Source: Candidatus Doudnabacteria bacterium (GTDB lineage: Bacteria > Patescibacteriota > Doudnabacteria > UBA920). Taken from it: 64,000 nucleotides of DNA. The position numbers and the translations under genes were made by a program. A model generated the notes under the pieces. That model saw only the letters and a list, made by a program, of their open reading frames with translations. It ran no database searches and was not told the DNA's origin. The DNA is taken from contig CAWINB010000001.1 in NCBI GenBank assembly GCA_963837465.1, positions 629,646 to 693,645 on the forward strand. Direction: 5' to 3'. Below, one piece after another: positions 41,748 through 51,347 of this stretch. Numbering within the stretch: position 1 is the stretch's first letter; each line of letters starts with the position of its first letter.

Positions 41748-43185
41748 AGTAGTTTCTAATCAAGACATGGCCCCTATCCGCCAGCGGCCATTTTTTGATG
41801 TTCCTTAAGTTTAATGTTTTTAAATACTGCTGACTTTGCTTCCTGCATAAGTTTTGCCCATCCGTTATGGCTGTGGCCGGTGCTGATGTCATCCAGTTGT
41901 TTTTCCGTCCGTCCTGGGGCAAGGTAGCGTGTCCAATTATCCAGAGTCTTCAGTTTGGCATAGGGAGTTAAGTAAATATCATATTTTTTCTTTTCCTTGC
42001 CCTTATGGTCAACCGTGGTGGTGGCAAAGCCGCAGGGTCTGTGGAAGTTCAGGTAAGGGTTAAAAAACTTCTGGTAAAATTCGTTAATCTCCTGCGCGTA
42101 GGTTTTCGGGATATGAGTGTAGCCCATATACTTTCTGATGACACTGCCGTTCTTGCTTTCCACTAAGGCATTGTCATTGCAGTGCCTGCTTCGTGATTTT
42201 GTCTGTTTAATAACTAACCTTCTAAGAATATCAGCTACCGTGTAATTAATGTTCTCGCTACCGTTGTCAGAGTGGAAGTTAATTACTGTAAAGGGAAACA
42301 TTTGCTGCAACTGTTCAAATATGGGTTTTAAATGCAGCTCGGAAATCGTTTCCACACAGAAGACCATTTCCCATTGGGTGACTTCATCCACCAGGTTTAA
42401 GTGGTAAATACCTTTCTCATACTTGCCCAAAGCCAGCTTACGGTCGCCCTGATGCACGGTATCCACCCGCAGATAGCCCGGAATGCCCATATTGTCGGGT
42501 CTTCTTCTAATACCAATCGGGGTGCTTACTGGATCGGTTATGGTAAAGGTGGTGGAGTGGCTGGTGTAAATTCTTTTAACTCGCAGATTGTAGATATGGG
42601 AAACGGAAATATCTTTTAGTCTTTTAAACCGTTCGTCACCGAATATTTCATATTCAGCCATTAGGATCTGTTTGGTGGCATGGGCATTCATTCGTTGGTG
42701 CAGATTATCGGTTTCAGCCAGCAATAGTATTTCTGCCGGGCCATAAACAGTAACAAACCGGTTTTTCTTGCCCCAATTCGGGGACAAGGCCACTAACCCA
42801 CTTCCTCTCTTGTTGGTAATCAGTCGTTTTAGCTGTCTGCCCGACATGCCGGTCATCCGTTGGATATATTCCTTAATCTGCCCCTTGTCTTTTTTGCCTT
42901 TAAGCCGGACATAGCCAAACTTGTTTAAGACGTTGTTAATCCATTCATATTTCTCCTTTCTGGAAACTGAGGTAAAATTAATTGCTGTATTGACCTTTAG
43001 AAATTCCTTGATTTGAGCTATGCTCGTAACGCTTAAGTCTGTCATATCGATTGTCATCAAGTCAGTGTGGCAGGCTTATGCTCTTTGTACAGCTTCCGGG
43101 CAACCCTCCGGTTTCAGCAATTGGGGTACCGTCCTCCTTTAGAGGCTGTCTCAAAGATAGGGGCCATGTTCCATTGTATAAGACT
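41748..43185 (-). mobile_element. Insertion sequence (1438 bp), copy 2, 5-bp direct repeat CGAGA (TCTCG in element orientation)
   Basis: Matches copy 1; CGAGA at 41743-41747 and 43186-43190. Confidence 0.92.
41774..43060 (-). CDS. DDE transposase, identical protein to 17016-18302
   Basis: Identical 428-aa translation in the ORF track. Confidence 0.88.
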   Translation of the reverse strand: MMTIDMTDLSVTSIAQIKEFLKVNTAINFTSVSRKEKYEWINNVLNKFGYVRLKGKKDKGQIKEYIQRMTGMSGRQLKRLITNKRGSGLVALSPNWGKKNRFVTVYGPAEILLLAETDNLHQRMNAHATKQILMAEYEIFGDERFKRLKDISVSHIYNLRVKRIYTSHSTTFTITDPVSTPIGIRRRPDNMGIPGYLRVDTVHQGDRKLALGKYEKGIYHLNLVDEVTQWEMVFCVETISELHLKPIFEQLQQMFPFTVINFHSDNGSENINYTVADILRRLVIKQTKSRSRHCNDNALVESKNGSVIRKYMGYTHIPKTYAQEINEFYQKFFNPYLNFHRPCGFATTTVDHKGKEKKKYDIYLTPYAKLKTLDNWTRYLAPGRTEKQLDDISTGHSHNGWAKLMQEAKSAVFKNIKLKEHQKMAAGG

Positions 43186-43190
43186 CGAGA

Positions 43191-43220
43191 TTGACACGCC
43201 GCCTGCTTTCCTTGTATAAT
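43191..43220 (+). promoter_or_regulatory. Sigma70 promoter of secG
   Basis: TTGACA-18 bp-TATAAT directly after the IS direct repeat. Confidence 0.7.
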
Positions 43221-43261
43221 GCACGAGCAAATTATTTATTTAATCGTTTTCCAATAATTTT

Positions 43262-43486
43262 ATGTTTTCCAGCCCAATTTTCAAATTTTTAAATATTATC
43301 GCCATGCTTTTGATGATTGTGGTAATTGCCATGCAGAACAAGTCTTCGGGCTTGTCCAATGTTTTTGGCGGCGGCGGCAATATTGTCCAAACGCGGCGGG
43401 GTTTTGAAAAATGGCTGTTTTACGCGACCATAGTTTTAGGCAGTTTATTTGTACTGATTAATATAGGCTTTCTGTTTTCAAAATAA
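43262..43486 (+). CDS. secG: Preprotein translocase subunit SecG
   Basis: IAMQNKSSGLSNVFGG...TRRGFEKWLFYAT; two TM helices. Confidence 0.9.
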   Translation: MFSSPIFKFLNIIAMLLMIVVIAMQNKSSGLSNVFGGGGNIVQTRRGFEKWLFYATIVLGSLFVLINIGFLFSK

Positions 43487-43609
43487 TAATTCTTAGGGAA
43501 TTGGGCAAAATTAAGTAAAAATAAATAAAATTAAGTAAAATTTGCCGCGTCGTTGCTGAAAATTTTATTTAATTATGGTCAATTTTATTTAATTTTATTT
43601 AATACCTTA

Positions 43610-45366
43610 ATGAACGGTTTCTCCAACAATTTATTCTCCTCCGCCAAAAGCATCAACCTTAGGGCTCAGGGAGTTGCCAAACTTAAGCCTTTCCCGTTTG
43701 CGGAAAGTTTTTTCTTTAATGGGCAAACGGGAAAAAATCGCCCTGGCGCTTTTGGCCGCCGCGGCTTTGCTCAGCCTGCTGGTCTCGCTGAAGGATTTTT
43801 ACTACTCCCGCACAAGCCCCGCCCCGGCCAATGGCGGCAGTTACAGCGAAGGCCTGCTGGGACAGCCGACCTATATAAATCCCCTGCTGGATACAATGGA
43901 GCCCGACCTGTCGTTGACAAACCTGGTGTTTTCCGGCCTCTATAAATATGATACAAACGGACAACTGGCGCCCGACCTGGCCACAGCCATGCCCGCAAAT
44001 TTCCGCCGACCAAAAACAGTACACGGTCAGCATAAGACCGGGCGCCAAGTGGCAGGACGGGACGCCCATAACGGCCGACGACATAGTCTTTACCATCCAG
44101 ACCCTGCAGGACCCCAGCTTTAAAAGCCCGCTTAGGCCGCTGTGGCAATCCACCACCGTTACCAAGCTGTCGGATTACAGCGTTAAATTCACCACGGAAA
44201 ATATTTCCGGGCCGTTTATCCAAAACCTGACACTGCCCATTTTGCCGAAAGCCGTTTGGCAAAACGTCAGCGCGCAAAACTTTTTGCTCTCCAAATACAA
44301 CCTCGAGGCCATAGGCAGCGGCCCTTACTCCATTAAGGAAATAAAAAAACTGCCGAGCGGCAAGGTGGAACAAATTACTCTGGACGCCAACGACAACTAT
44401 TACCAAGGACGGCCTAAAATCAACCAGATAGTGTTTAAATTTTACGACACCGAGGACGATATGCTGAACGCCTTCCACAGCCGCGAAATTTCAGGCTTTG
44501 GCTTTGTCCCTTTAGGCAGTAGTTTATATTTGGATAAAAATCAGCCCGGAGCCAGTATCTACACCATTCCGCTGCCGCAATACCAGGTTGTGTTTTTTAA
44601 CCTCAACAACCCAATCTTAAGCGACCAGAATGTCAGGACGGCTCTGCTGCTCGCCACCGACAGACAGCAAATTATTAATGACGTGTTTAAGGGCAACGCT
44701 CTGTTGCCGGTTTCCCCTTTTGTGTTTAACGATCCCAGTCATCCATTTAATCTGCCTGACGTTACCGACTTAGGCAAAGCCGAAAGTCTGCTTAACTCGG
44801 ACGGCTGGAAAATCGACCCTAAAACCGGCTCGCGGTCCAATTCAAAGGGCCAAATCCTAAGCATGACCATTTCCACCAACGATACTCTGGTTAACGCCAA
44901 CGCGGCCCAGGACCTGGCCGACCAGTGGCGGCAGCTTGACATCCAGGTCAACCTAAGCGTTTTGCCGGCTCAGCAGTTAGCCAACGCGGTTATAAAACCG
45001 AGGGATTTTGATGTGCTGCTGTTTCCCCAAAAATTCGGCGCCGATCCCGATCCCTTTTTGTTCTGGCATTCCAGTCAGGTTAAAGACCCTGGCTTTAACC
45101 TGACTGGCTTTAGCGACCCTGCGGCCGACCAGCTGATTATTGACGCGCGAACCACCACCGACAAACAAAAACGTAGCATGGATTACCAGCAGTTTAACCA
45201 GCTTATTATTTCCAAAACCCCGGTTATTTTTCTGGACCAGACCGAATATATTTACGCGGTGGACAGCAGCGTAAAAAATATCAACATCCATTATCTTTAC
45301 GACCCCAGCCAGCGCTTTGAAGACATTGGCAGCTGGTATATGGAGGAGAAACGGATATGGAAATGA
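43610..45366 (+). pseudogene. ABC transporter substrate-binding protein family 5 (OppA/DppA-like), frameshifted near 43993 and possibly near 43660
   Basis: GGSYSEGLLGQPTYINPL, LVFSGL, PDLA | WQDGTPITADDIVFT, GSGPY; extra bases lie in short C and G runs. Confidence 0.8.
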
Positions 45367-45546
45367 ATTAAAATAAAGTCGAAAGCCTTACAGGTCTAAC
45401 GGGCTTTACAACCCAAGTCCCCCGAGCGTATACTTTAACTTACAGTAAAAAAATTCCATAATATTGCTGTCGTTTTTATATTCTCGTCCAAAAATTCCCT
45501 GCTTAAAAAGAAAATTTATAATTGCCCAACAATTTATCAATTATCA

Positions 45547-45632
45547 GCCGAAGTGATGGAATGGCAGACATGCACGGTTCAGGGCCGTGTGACCGCAAGG
45601 TCATGAGGGTTCGACTCCCTCCTTCGGCACCA
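45547..45632 (+). tRNA. tRNA-Leu(CAG), integration target
   Basis: Acceptor GCCGAAG/CTTCGGC, anticodon arm CACGG-TTCAGGG-CCGTG, long variable arm, encoded CCA. Confidence 0.95.
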
Positions 45633-47127
45633 AGATATTACACAAGGGAATTTTTCCAACTTTTTCTAGGGCTGCCTTAAGGGCAGCCCATTGTGTTTGC
45701 GGGCTAAACTGCAACTGACGGTTTTTTAAAAACAGGTTCGAGCCGAAAATTTGTTGGGCAGCCGATTTTTTGGGGTGCAGTTCGGGCGAAAGCGTTATTT
45801 CGCCCAATTTTTCTGCGTCTTTGAGCCATTGCTTGTAGGGTTCGAGCCAAAAATTACTGCCTTGTTCAATTTTGGTCATTTGCTCCTCCAAAGATTTCTT
45901 TTGAGAGACAAGATTATTCTTGTCTGTACGATACTCTTCCTGTTCAATATCCTGATCCAGGTACATGTCTTTGAGTTTTTGGAGTCTCCTATCTATATCT
46001 GTTTTCTTTAACCCCAGATCTTGAACAAGGATCGTCGTGGTCTGGTTTGCTTCCTGGCTATCCTTTTCAGCCATGCTTAATAGCTCCTCAGCCCACTCCT
46101 TAGGCATGATAAAAGTTTTAAGGGTATTAGACAACTGACTGGCTAATTCCCCGTCTCGTATGAAAGGCTGCGAACAGACAGTACGCTTTTTAGTGCAGCG
46201 GTAATAGGTAAAGACCAGTCCGCTTTTCTTTATGTGGGTTTCGCCGGTAACATTGCGGCCGCACTCGCCGCAGCGCAAAAGTCCGGCTAAGGGCTTGCCC
46301 TCGGCTGGTCTCCTGATAGTTTTACCCCGCTGTTTTAAAACTTCTTGCACTTTATCAAAAAGCTGTTTGGAAATTAAAGACTCATGCTTACCCTGGAATA
46401 GTTCGCCGCCGTATCTGAACAGACCGCAATAAAAGGGATTGGAAAGGATATATTTGGCCTGGTCACGCTTAAATAATTTCCCGCCTTTACTGCCTCCCTT
46501 TTGAATTTGTTTGGTCATAATACCCCTTTCAAACAAAAATCCAGAGGTATTTTCAAGTGAACAAAGGCCTTGTGAATATCTCTCAAAAGCTTGTTTGATA
46601 ATTGGGCCTTTGTGTTGGTCAATAACTATAGATTTATTCCGTACATCATTTAAATAACCTAACGGAGCCAGCCCTGGATATTCTCCCCGCCTGGCTTTCT
46701 CCATAAGGCCACGTTTGGTGTTAACGCTTAAGTCCCTGATGTACTGGTTGGCTATGCCAAACTCCACGTTCATAAGCATGACGTTATCGGCAGAGCGGTA
46801 ACTTCTGTCATGGGTTTGGATATGCTGGATAGTGCCCTCTTGCAGTAGCCACTGGATTTGGGCGGCATCTACGGGATTACGGGCTAGCCTGTCCAGCTTC
46901 CAACAGATAATCCCGGTGGCTTCACCTTTCTGAATCCTGCTCGCCATGTCATTAAACACAGGGCGGCCAGGGCACTTAGCAGATTGCTTTTCCACGAATT
47001 CACAAACAACATTTAAGTTCTGCTCCTTGGCTAAGGAACGCAAAACGGCAAGTTGGTCTTCTATTGACCGAACTTGCTTATCTTCTACGTCAGTAGATTT
47101 ACGGACATACAGGAAATAATTTAGCAT
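45601..47127 (-). CDS. Large serine recombinase (resolvase + recombinase + Zn-ribbon); last residues encoded by the tRNA antisense strand
   Basis: YVRKSTD, SIEDQ, DRLARN, APLGY, ILSNPFYCG, LRCGECG, YYRC; tail ILV-PKEGVEPS*. Confidence 0.93.
   Translation of the reverse strand: MLNYFLYVRKSTDVEDKQVRSIEDQLAVLRSLAKEQNLNVVCEFVEKQSAKCPGRPVFNDMASRIQKGEATGIICWKLDRLARNPVDAAQIQWLLQEGTIQHIQTHDRSYRSADNVMLMNVEFGIANQYIRDLSVNTKRGLMEKARRGEYPGLAPLGYLNDVRNKSIVIDQHKGPIIKQAFERYSQGLCSLENTSGFLFERGIMTKQIQKGGSKGGKLFKRDQAKYILSNPFYCGLFRYGGELFQGKHESLISKQLFDKVQEVLKQRGKTIRRPAEGKPLAGLLRCGECGRNVTGETHIKKSGLVFTYYRCTKKRTVCSQPFIRDGELASQLSNTLKTFIMPKEWAEELLSMAEKDSQEANQTTTILVQDLGLKKTDIDRRLQKLKDMYLDQDIEQEEYRTDKNNLVSQKKSLEEQMTKIEQGSNFWLEPYKQWLKDAEKLGEITLSPELHPKKSAAQQIFGSNLFLKNRQLQFSPQTQWAALKAALEKVGKIPLCNILVPKEGVEPS
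45628..45740. repeat. IR-A left copy (113 bp, recombinase 3' end)
   Basis: Exact reverse complement of 48047-48159. Confidence 0.92.
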
Positions 47128-47203
47128 AATCGTATAGATTAATAACTCTATATATAGTTATTATATAACATCTGTTATAATAAATGCAAATTCATACAAT
47201 TTT

Positions 47204-47410
47204 ATGATTGACATAGTAATTAAATTTGGCAAACGAGTTAAAGATATACGCCTGAAGAAACATTTATCCCAAGGTAAATTAGCAAAAATATTAGATGTTC
47301 ATCCCAGCTATATTAGCGGTATTGAACGTGGTTTGACGAATATGTCTTTAAAAAATATAGAGAAGATAGCAAAGTCTTTAAATGTTTCGGTAATCGATCT
47401 TCTAAAATAG
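47204..47410 (+). CDS. XRE-family HTH regulator
   Basis: FGKRVKDIR...LSQGKLA...SYISGIERG..N.SLKNIEKIAKSL. Confidence 0.9.
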   Translation: MIDIVIKFGKRVKDIRLKKHLSQGKLAKILDVHPSYISGIERGLTNMSLKNIEKIAKSLNVSVIDLLK

Positions 47411-47413
47411 TTT

Positions 47414-47980
47414 ATGATAAAGGCAATTATTTTTGATATTACTGGCGTATTATTCCCCGTTCAACCGTGGATAGGAGAGCGTCCATCACATGAAGAATTA
47501 TTAAAAATAAAACAAATTGCTACTGGTATTTATGATAAAGACAAAATGTCAAAAGAATACCTTAAAGAAAAAATCTTCCAAGCTAGCCGCCCACACAATG
47601 AATTAGAGGCTATATATAAAAGCTTAACTTTAATTGATGAGGATGTTTTCAATCTTATAAAAAAACTTTCGGAAAAATACTCTCTTTATTCCATAGCCAA
47701 TGAGGCGGAAAAATGGACAGATATTAGAAAAGATTTATATGGGTTTCAAAAGTACTTTAAAAAACTTTACATTTCAGTTGAAGTCGGAATGAGAAAACCC
47801 GAGGAAAGTATTTACAAATTACTTCTCAGCGAAACAGGACTGCTACCAGAAGAGTGTTTATTTATAGATGATAAAGCAATAAATGTTGAAGCGGCTCAAA
47901 AGCTTGGCTTTCAAGGATTTATATATAAAAATTTTAATAGCCTAAAGGAATATCTTATCAAAAACAATTTACTTGTTTAA
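47414..47980 (+). CDS. HAD-superfamily hydrolase
   Basis: IIFDITGVL, GMRKPEESIY, LFIDDKAINVEAA. Confidence 0.85.
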   Translation: MIKAIIFDITGVLFPVQPWIGERPSHEELLKIKQIATGIYDKDKMSKEYLKEKIFQASRPHNELEAIYKSLTLIDEDVFNLIKKLSEKYSLYSIANEAEKWTDIRKDLYGFQKYFKKLYISVEVGMRKPEESIYKLLLSETGLLPEECLFIDDKAINVEAAQKLGFQGFIYKNFNSLKEYLIKNNLLV

Positions 47981-48046
47981 GTGTTTTATTGTCAATTGCG
48001 TTTGCGTTCTGCGCCCTGCGTCTCCCCAAAAAATCTTCCCTATCTC

Positions 48047-48532
48047 CGAACCTGTTTTTAAAAAACCGTCAGTTGCAGTTTAGCCCGCAAACACAATGGG
48101 CTGCCCTTAAGGCAGCCCTAGAAAAAGTTGGAAAAATTCCCTTGTGTAATATCTTGGTGAAGCTTTACCCTGACTCTCGATCTCATTTTATCAAAAACAG
48201 CTAACCTTGGCCACCCTAAACCTCCTTGCCCAAGGCTGTTTTTTGATTTAAAATTGAGGTGCCAACTGTATGAACGTCTGTACGAACACCATTCATACAC
48301 CAGAAGCACTAAAATCCTTAATTCCACTACCTCTCACTACTCCAAATATCCCTGACTACTATATATCACCAGATAATCTAACTGAACGACAAAATAGATA
48401 ATAATACTAAAAACAATAACTAAAATACTAATACTTAAAATACTTAAATACTAACTAAATACAAATATACTAAACTAACTTAAAACAAACCAAAAAAACA
48501 AAGTGAACAGAGAGGGGAAAATGGGGGGGGTG
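48047..48532 (+). repeat. Internal inverted attP-like junction (IR-A + IR-B)
   Basis: 48047-48159 = reverse complement of 45628-45740; 48151-48532 approximately = reverse complement of 60793-61175. Confidence 0.88.
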
Positions 48533-48555
48533 AGTTTTTTCCGCAAGCTAGAAGC

Positions 48556-51336
48556 TTGCGGAAAAAATGGGGATGGAAAAAAACATTAAGCCTGTCATTA
48601 AAATTTATGATAGCGCACCAACACATTGTAGCGCAGCCATTAGTTCATCCAAGTTTATCCAATATCAATATTGGATACTTGCTTTGGCTACTGGCACTCA
48701 AAAGTATTCCAAGTTGGGAACGGCTAACTGGATACCTGTTAGGATACTTGGCCATTTTTACTTTGATCCTTGCCAAGTTTACCAATATTAACAGTCATGC
48801 TTTTGAAAAAATGAAGATTAAGCCCAAGGATTTGGAAAAACAACTTTCAGACACTCTATACTTCGAAATCACCATTGCCAAAAACTCCCAAACTACAGCT
48901 TTCCAAGTCCAGCAGAAAATCCTTAAAGCCTTCCACTCCATATATATTGACCCAGTGGAAGGCGCGCATAACTTTGGCTTTTTCTTTTTCTTCCAAAAGC
49001 TCTGGAGAAAGTTGAAGATCAACCGCTCCAAACAAGTTTTCTTTACCATGCAAGTTTGGGCTCAGCACCCATACATCTCTTTTAGGCTCCAAGTGCCAAA
49101 GGTAGAGTTCCAACGTCTGGAGAAAGCCATTTTTAACGCCTATCCTAATGCAGAAGTAGCCACACTAGATAAAAACAAAGCTCTTGAGGAAATTACCAAA
49201 TTTCCCAAGGGCTTTTTAAGTTATGGGGAAACTACAATAGAGGGACAGTTTTACCATAGGGTTAAGACTTTAAAAGATGTATCCAGTGACCCTGTTGATT
49301 CCATCATATCTACCATGGAAGGCCTTAAAAAAGGCCAGTTTATGATCTACAACGTCCTAGTATCTCCGGCTTCCCATTACTTTAACCAGCTAATCCATCA
49401 CCGTATTGAAGACCAGGAACAGCAAGGGGCGGTAAGCCAAGGAGATAAAAAGTTTGCACTACAGAAATGGGGCGCTGGTTCTGAACTGGCTAATGCCACA
49501 AACTCCGCCATGATAGAAAAAATGAAAGCCCCACTTTTCCAGACTATTGTGTCCTACTGGACAGTTGCAGATACAAAAGAGACGGCCGAAGCTAAACTCC
49601 GTAGCATCCAAGGCGTACTGACGGAAATCAACCAAAAAAATATGAACACGCTCAAGCACAATAGGCTGTTTACCAAACAGGTTAGCAAGTTGGAAAAGAA
49701 CGGCCAACTGAAAAATATTATTGACGGCAGGCCAATCTTTAAATTAAAAAGATTTTTCTTCTCCCCATTTGCCAAGTTTAAGAACTATGGGCAAATGCTT
49801 TCTGACAGTGAGCTTTATTCCTTTTGGCATTTACCCAATACTGCCATAAATACAGTATCTTCCATTAGGCTAACTAAGTTTAAAAAGCTCCCTGCTAGTC
49901 AACAACTTAGGGAACATGCTGATAATTTTTTCATTTCCCTTGGCCATGCCAATTTCAGGATGCAGGAAGAAACTCAAGTAGGTATTGCTACTTGGGAAGA
50001 TATGAAAAAACATATCTACATCTTAGGCGGAACAGGTAGCGGAAAATCTGAAACCTTAAAAACCATCCTAAGTAACCTGCTAGAGAAACAGGATGATGAA
50101 AAAACCGCCCTCTTGATAGTTGACCCTAAAAATGATTTCGCTACTGACCTGTTAACTATGATACCGGAGAGTAGAAAGCAAGACGTGGTTTACTTTAATC
50201 CCCAAAGACAAAAACAGAAACCCCTAGCGTTTCCTTTTTTTTCCAAGTTTTCAGGAGACAAGACCGATGAAGAGCGCTTAGAGTTTTTAATTTCCATAAT
50301 GAAACGCTTTGTGCAAATTGATTCCTCCTACTCCTGGGGGCCGGAGCTGGAAAACATTCTTAGGCAATTGTTTGCCACAGCGTTTGTCTTGCCCGAGCAA
50401 TCTCTGTCCGGACTGGATCTATTGCTCCACCAAAAAACTCAAATTCAAAATCTAGTAAGATATTTACCCCCAAGGCTTAAAGCCTTTTGGATGGATTCGA
50501 TTTTAAACAGGACGAATAACGATTTGGCTAAGTATTTAGCCACTACCAACAACAAACTGGGCAAGTTTTTAGACTATCCAGAGTTTATGAATATTGTTGA
50601 CCGCCAAGGCAGTAAAATATCTTTTGAGGATATGATTAACACCGGCAAGATATTTATCGCTAACCTTGGCTCGTGCAGCGAGCAAATGAAAAAATATTAT
50701 TCTGTCTATCTTACTGCTCACATTAGTGAAGCTATTTTTGACCAGGCCAGATTAAGTAGCCAAGACCGCAAACCCTGCGTGTTTGTGGTGGATGAATTCC
50801 AAAGAGTTGCCAGTGATATATTTGAAACCCTGTTTTCCGAGGTTAGGGCTTTTAATACCGCCTTAGTTATCTCTAACCAGTTCATGGGACAGTTAGATAT
50901 TAAAATCCAAAAATCCATAGAATCCAACATTGCCACTAAAATCTTTATGCGAACCCAGTCGGTTGATGACGCCGAGATTGCCGAGAAAATATTAGGCCAG
51001 AAGGTTTTAGTTGAAGACATTATTAACCTACCCACGGGTACGGCTTACATTAAAACCTTAGTTAAGGGTATTCCCCAAGACCCGATGTCTATTAATATCC
51101 AGAAAACCGAACATCCTAAAGATACTGCCAAAGACACCGAGGATTATTTTATCAGTATGGCTATGGACAAGTACGGTACGCCAATTGATGACATCGTAAG
51201 AGAACGCACCGCCGTAAACTCTCTCTATTATTCAGCCGGTGATAAAGAAAAAGAATTTCACGAAACTATGAGCAAGGGAAAAACTTTAACCATCCCGGAA
51301 GAAACACCAGAGGAAAAGACTAGTAATAATTTTTGA
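48556..51336 (+). CDS. VirD4/TraD-like type IV coupling ATPase
   Basis: HIYILGGTGSGKS, IVDPKND, VVDEFQ, SEVRAF...ISNQFMGQL; N-terminal TM; true start may be ATG 48607. Confidence 0.8.
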   Translation: MRKKWGWKKTLSLSLKFMIAHQHIVAQPLVHPSLSNINIGYLLWLLALKSIPSWERLTGYLLGYLAIFTLILAKFTNINSHAFEKMKIKPKDLEKQLSDTLYFEITIAKNSQTTAFQVQQKILKAFHSIYIDPVEGAHNFGFFFFFQKLWRKLKINRSKQVFFTMQVWAQHPYISFRLQVPKVEFQRLEKAIFNAYPNAEVATLDKNKALEEITKFPKGFLSYGETTIEGQFYHRVKTLKDVSSDPVDSIISTMEGLKKGQFMIYNVLVSPASHYFNQLIHHRIEDQEQQGAVSQGDKKFALQKWGAGSELANATNSAMIEKMKAPLFQTIVSYWTVADTKETAEAKLRSIQGVLTEINQKNMNTLKHNRLFTKQVSKLEKNGQLKNIIDGRPIFKLKRFFFSPFAKFKNYGQMLSDSELYSFWHLPNTAINTVSSIRLTKFKKLPASQQLREHADNFFISLGHANFRMQEETQVGIATWEDMKKHIYILGGTGSGKSETLKTILSNLLEKQDDEKTALLIVDPKNDFATDLLTMIPESRKQDVVYFNPQRQKQKPLAFPFFSKFSGDKTDEERLEFLISIMKRFVQIDSSYSWGPELENILRQLFATAFVLPEQSLSGLDLLLHQKTQIQNLVRYLPPRLKAFWMDSILNRTNNDLAKYLATTNNKLGKFLDYPEFMNIVDRQGSKISFEDMINTGKIFIANLGSCSEQMKKYYSVYLTAHISEAIFDQARLSSQDRKPCVFVVDEFQRVASDIFETLFSEVRAFNTALVISNQFMGQLDIKIQKSIESNIATKIFMRTQSVDDAEIAEKILGQKVLVEDIINLPTGTAYIKTLVKGIPQDPMSINIQKTEHPKDTAKDTEDYFISMAMDKYGTPIDDIVRERTAVNSLYYSAGDKEKEFHETMSKGKTLTIPEETPEEKTSNNF

Positions 51337-51347
51337 TTTAAAAATCT

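Noticed and set aside
47989-48204. 71-aa ORF as an independent gene
   Set aside because: It is the duplicated recombinase 3' end plus att tail and has no credible start.
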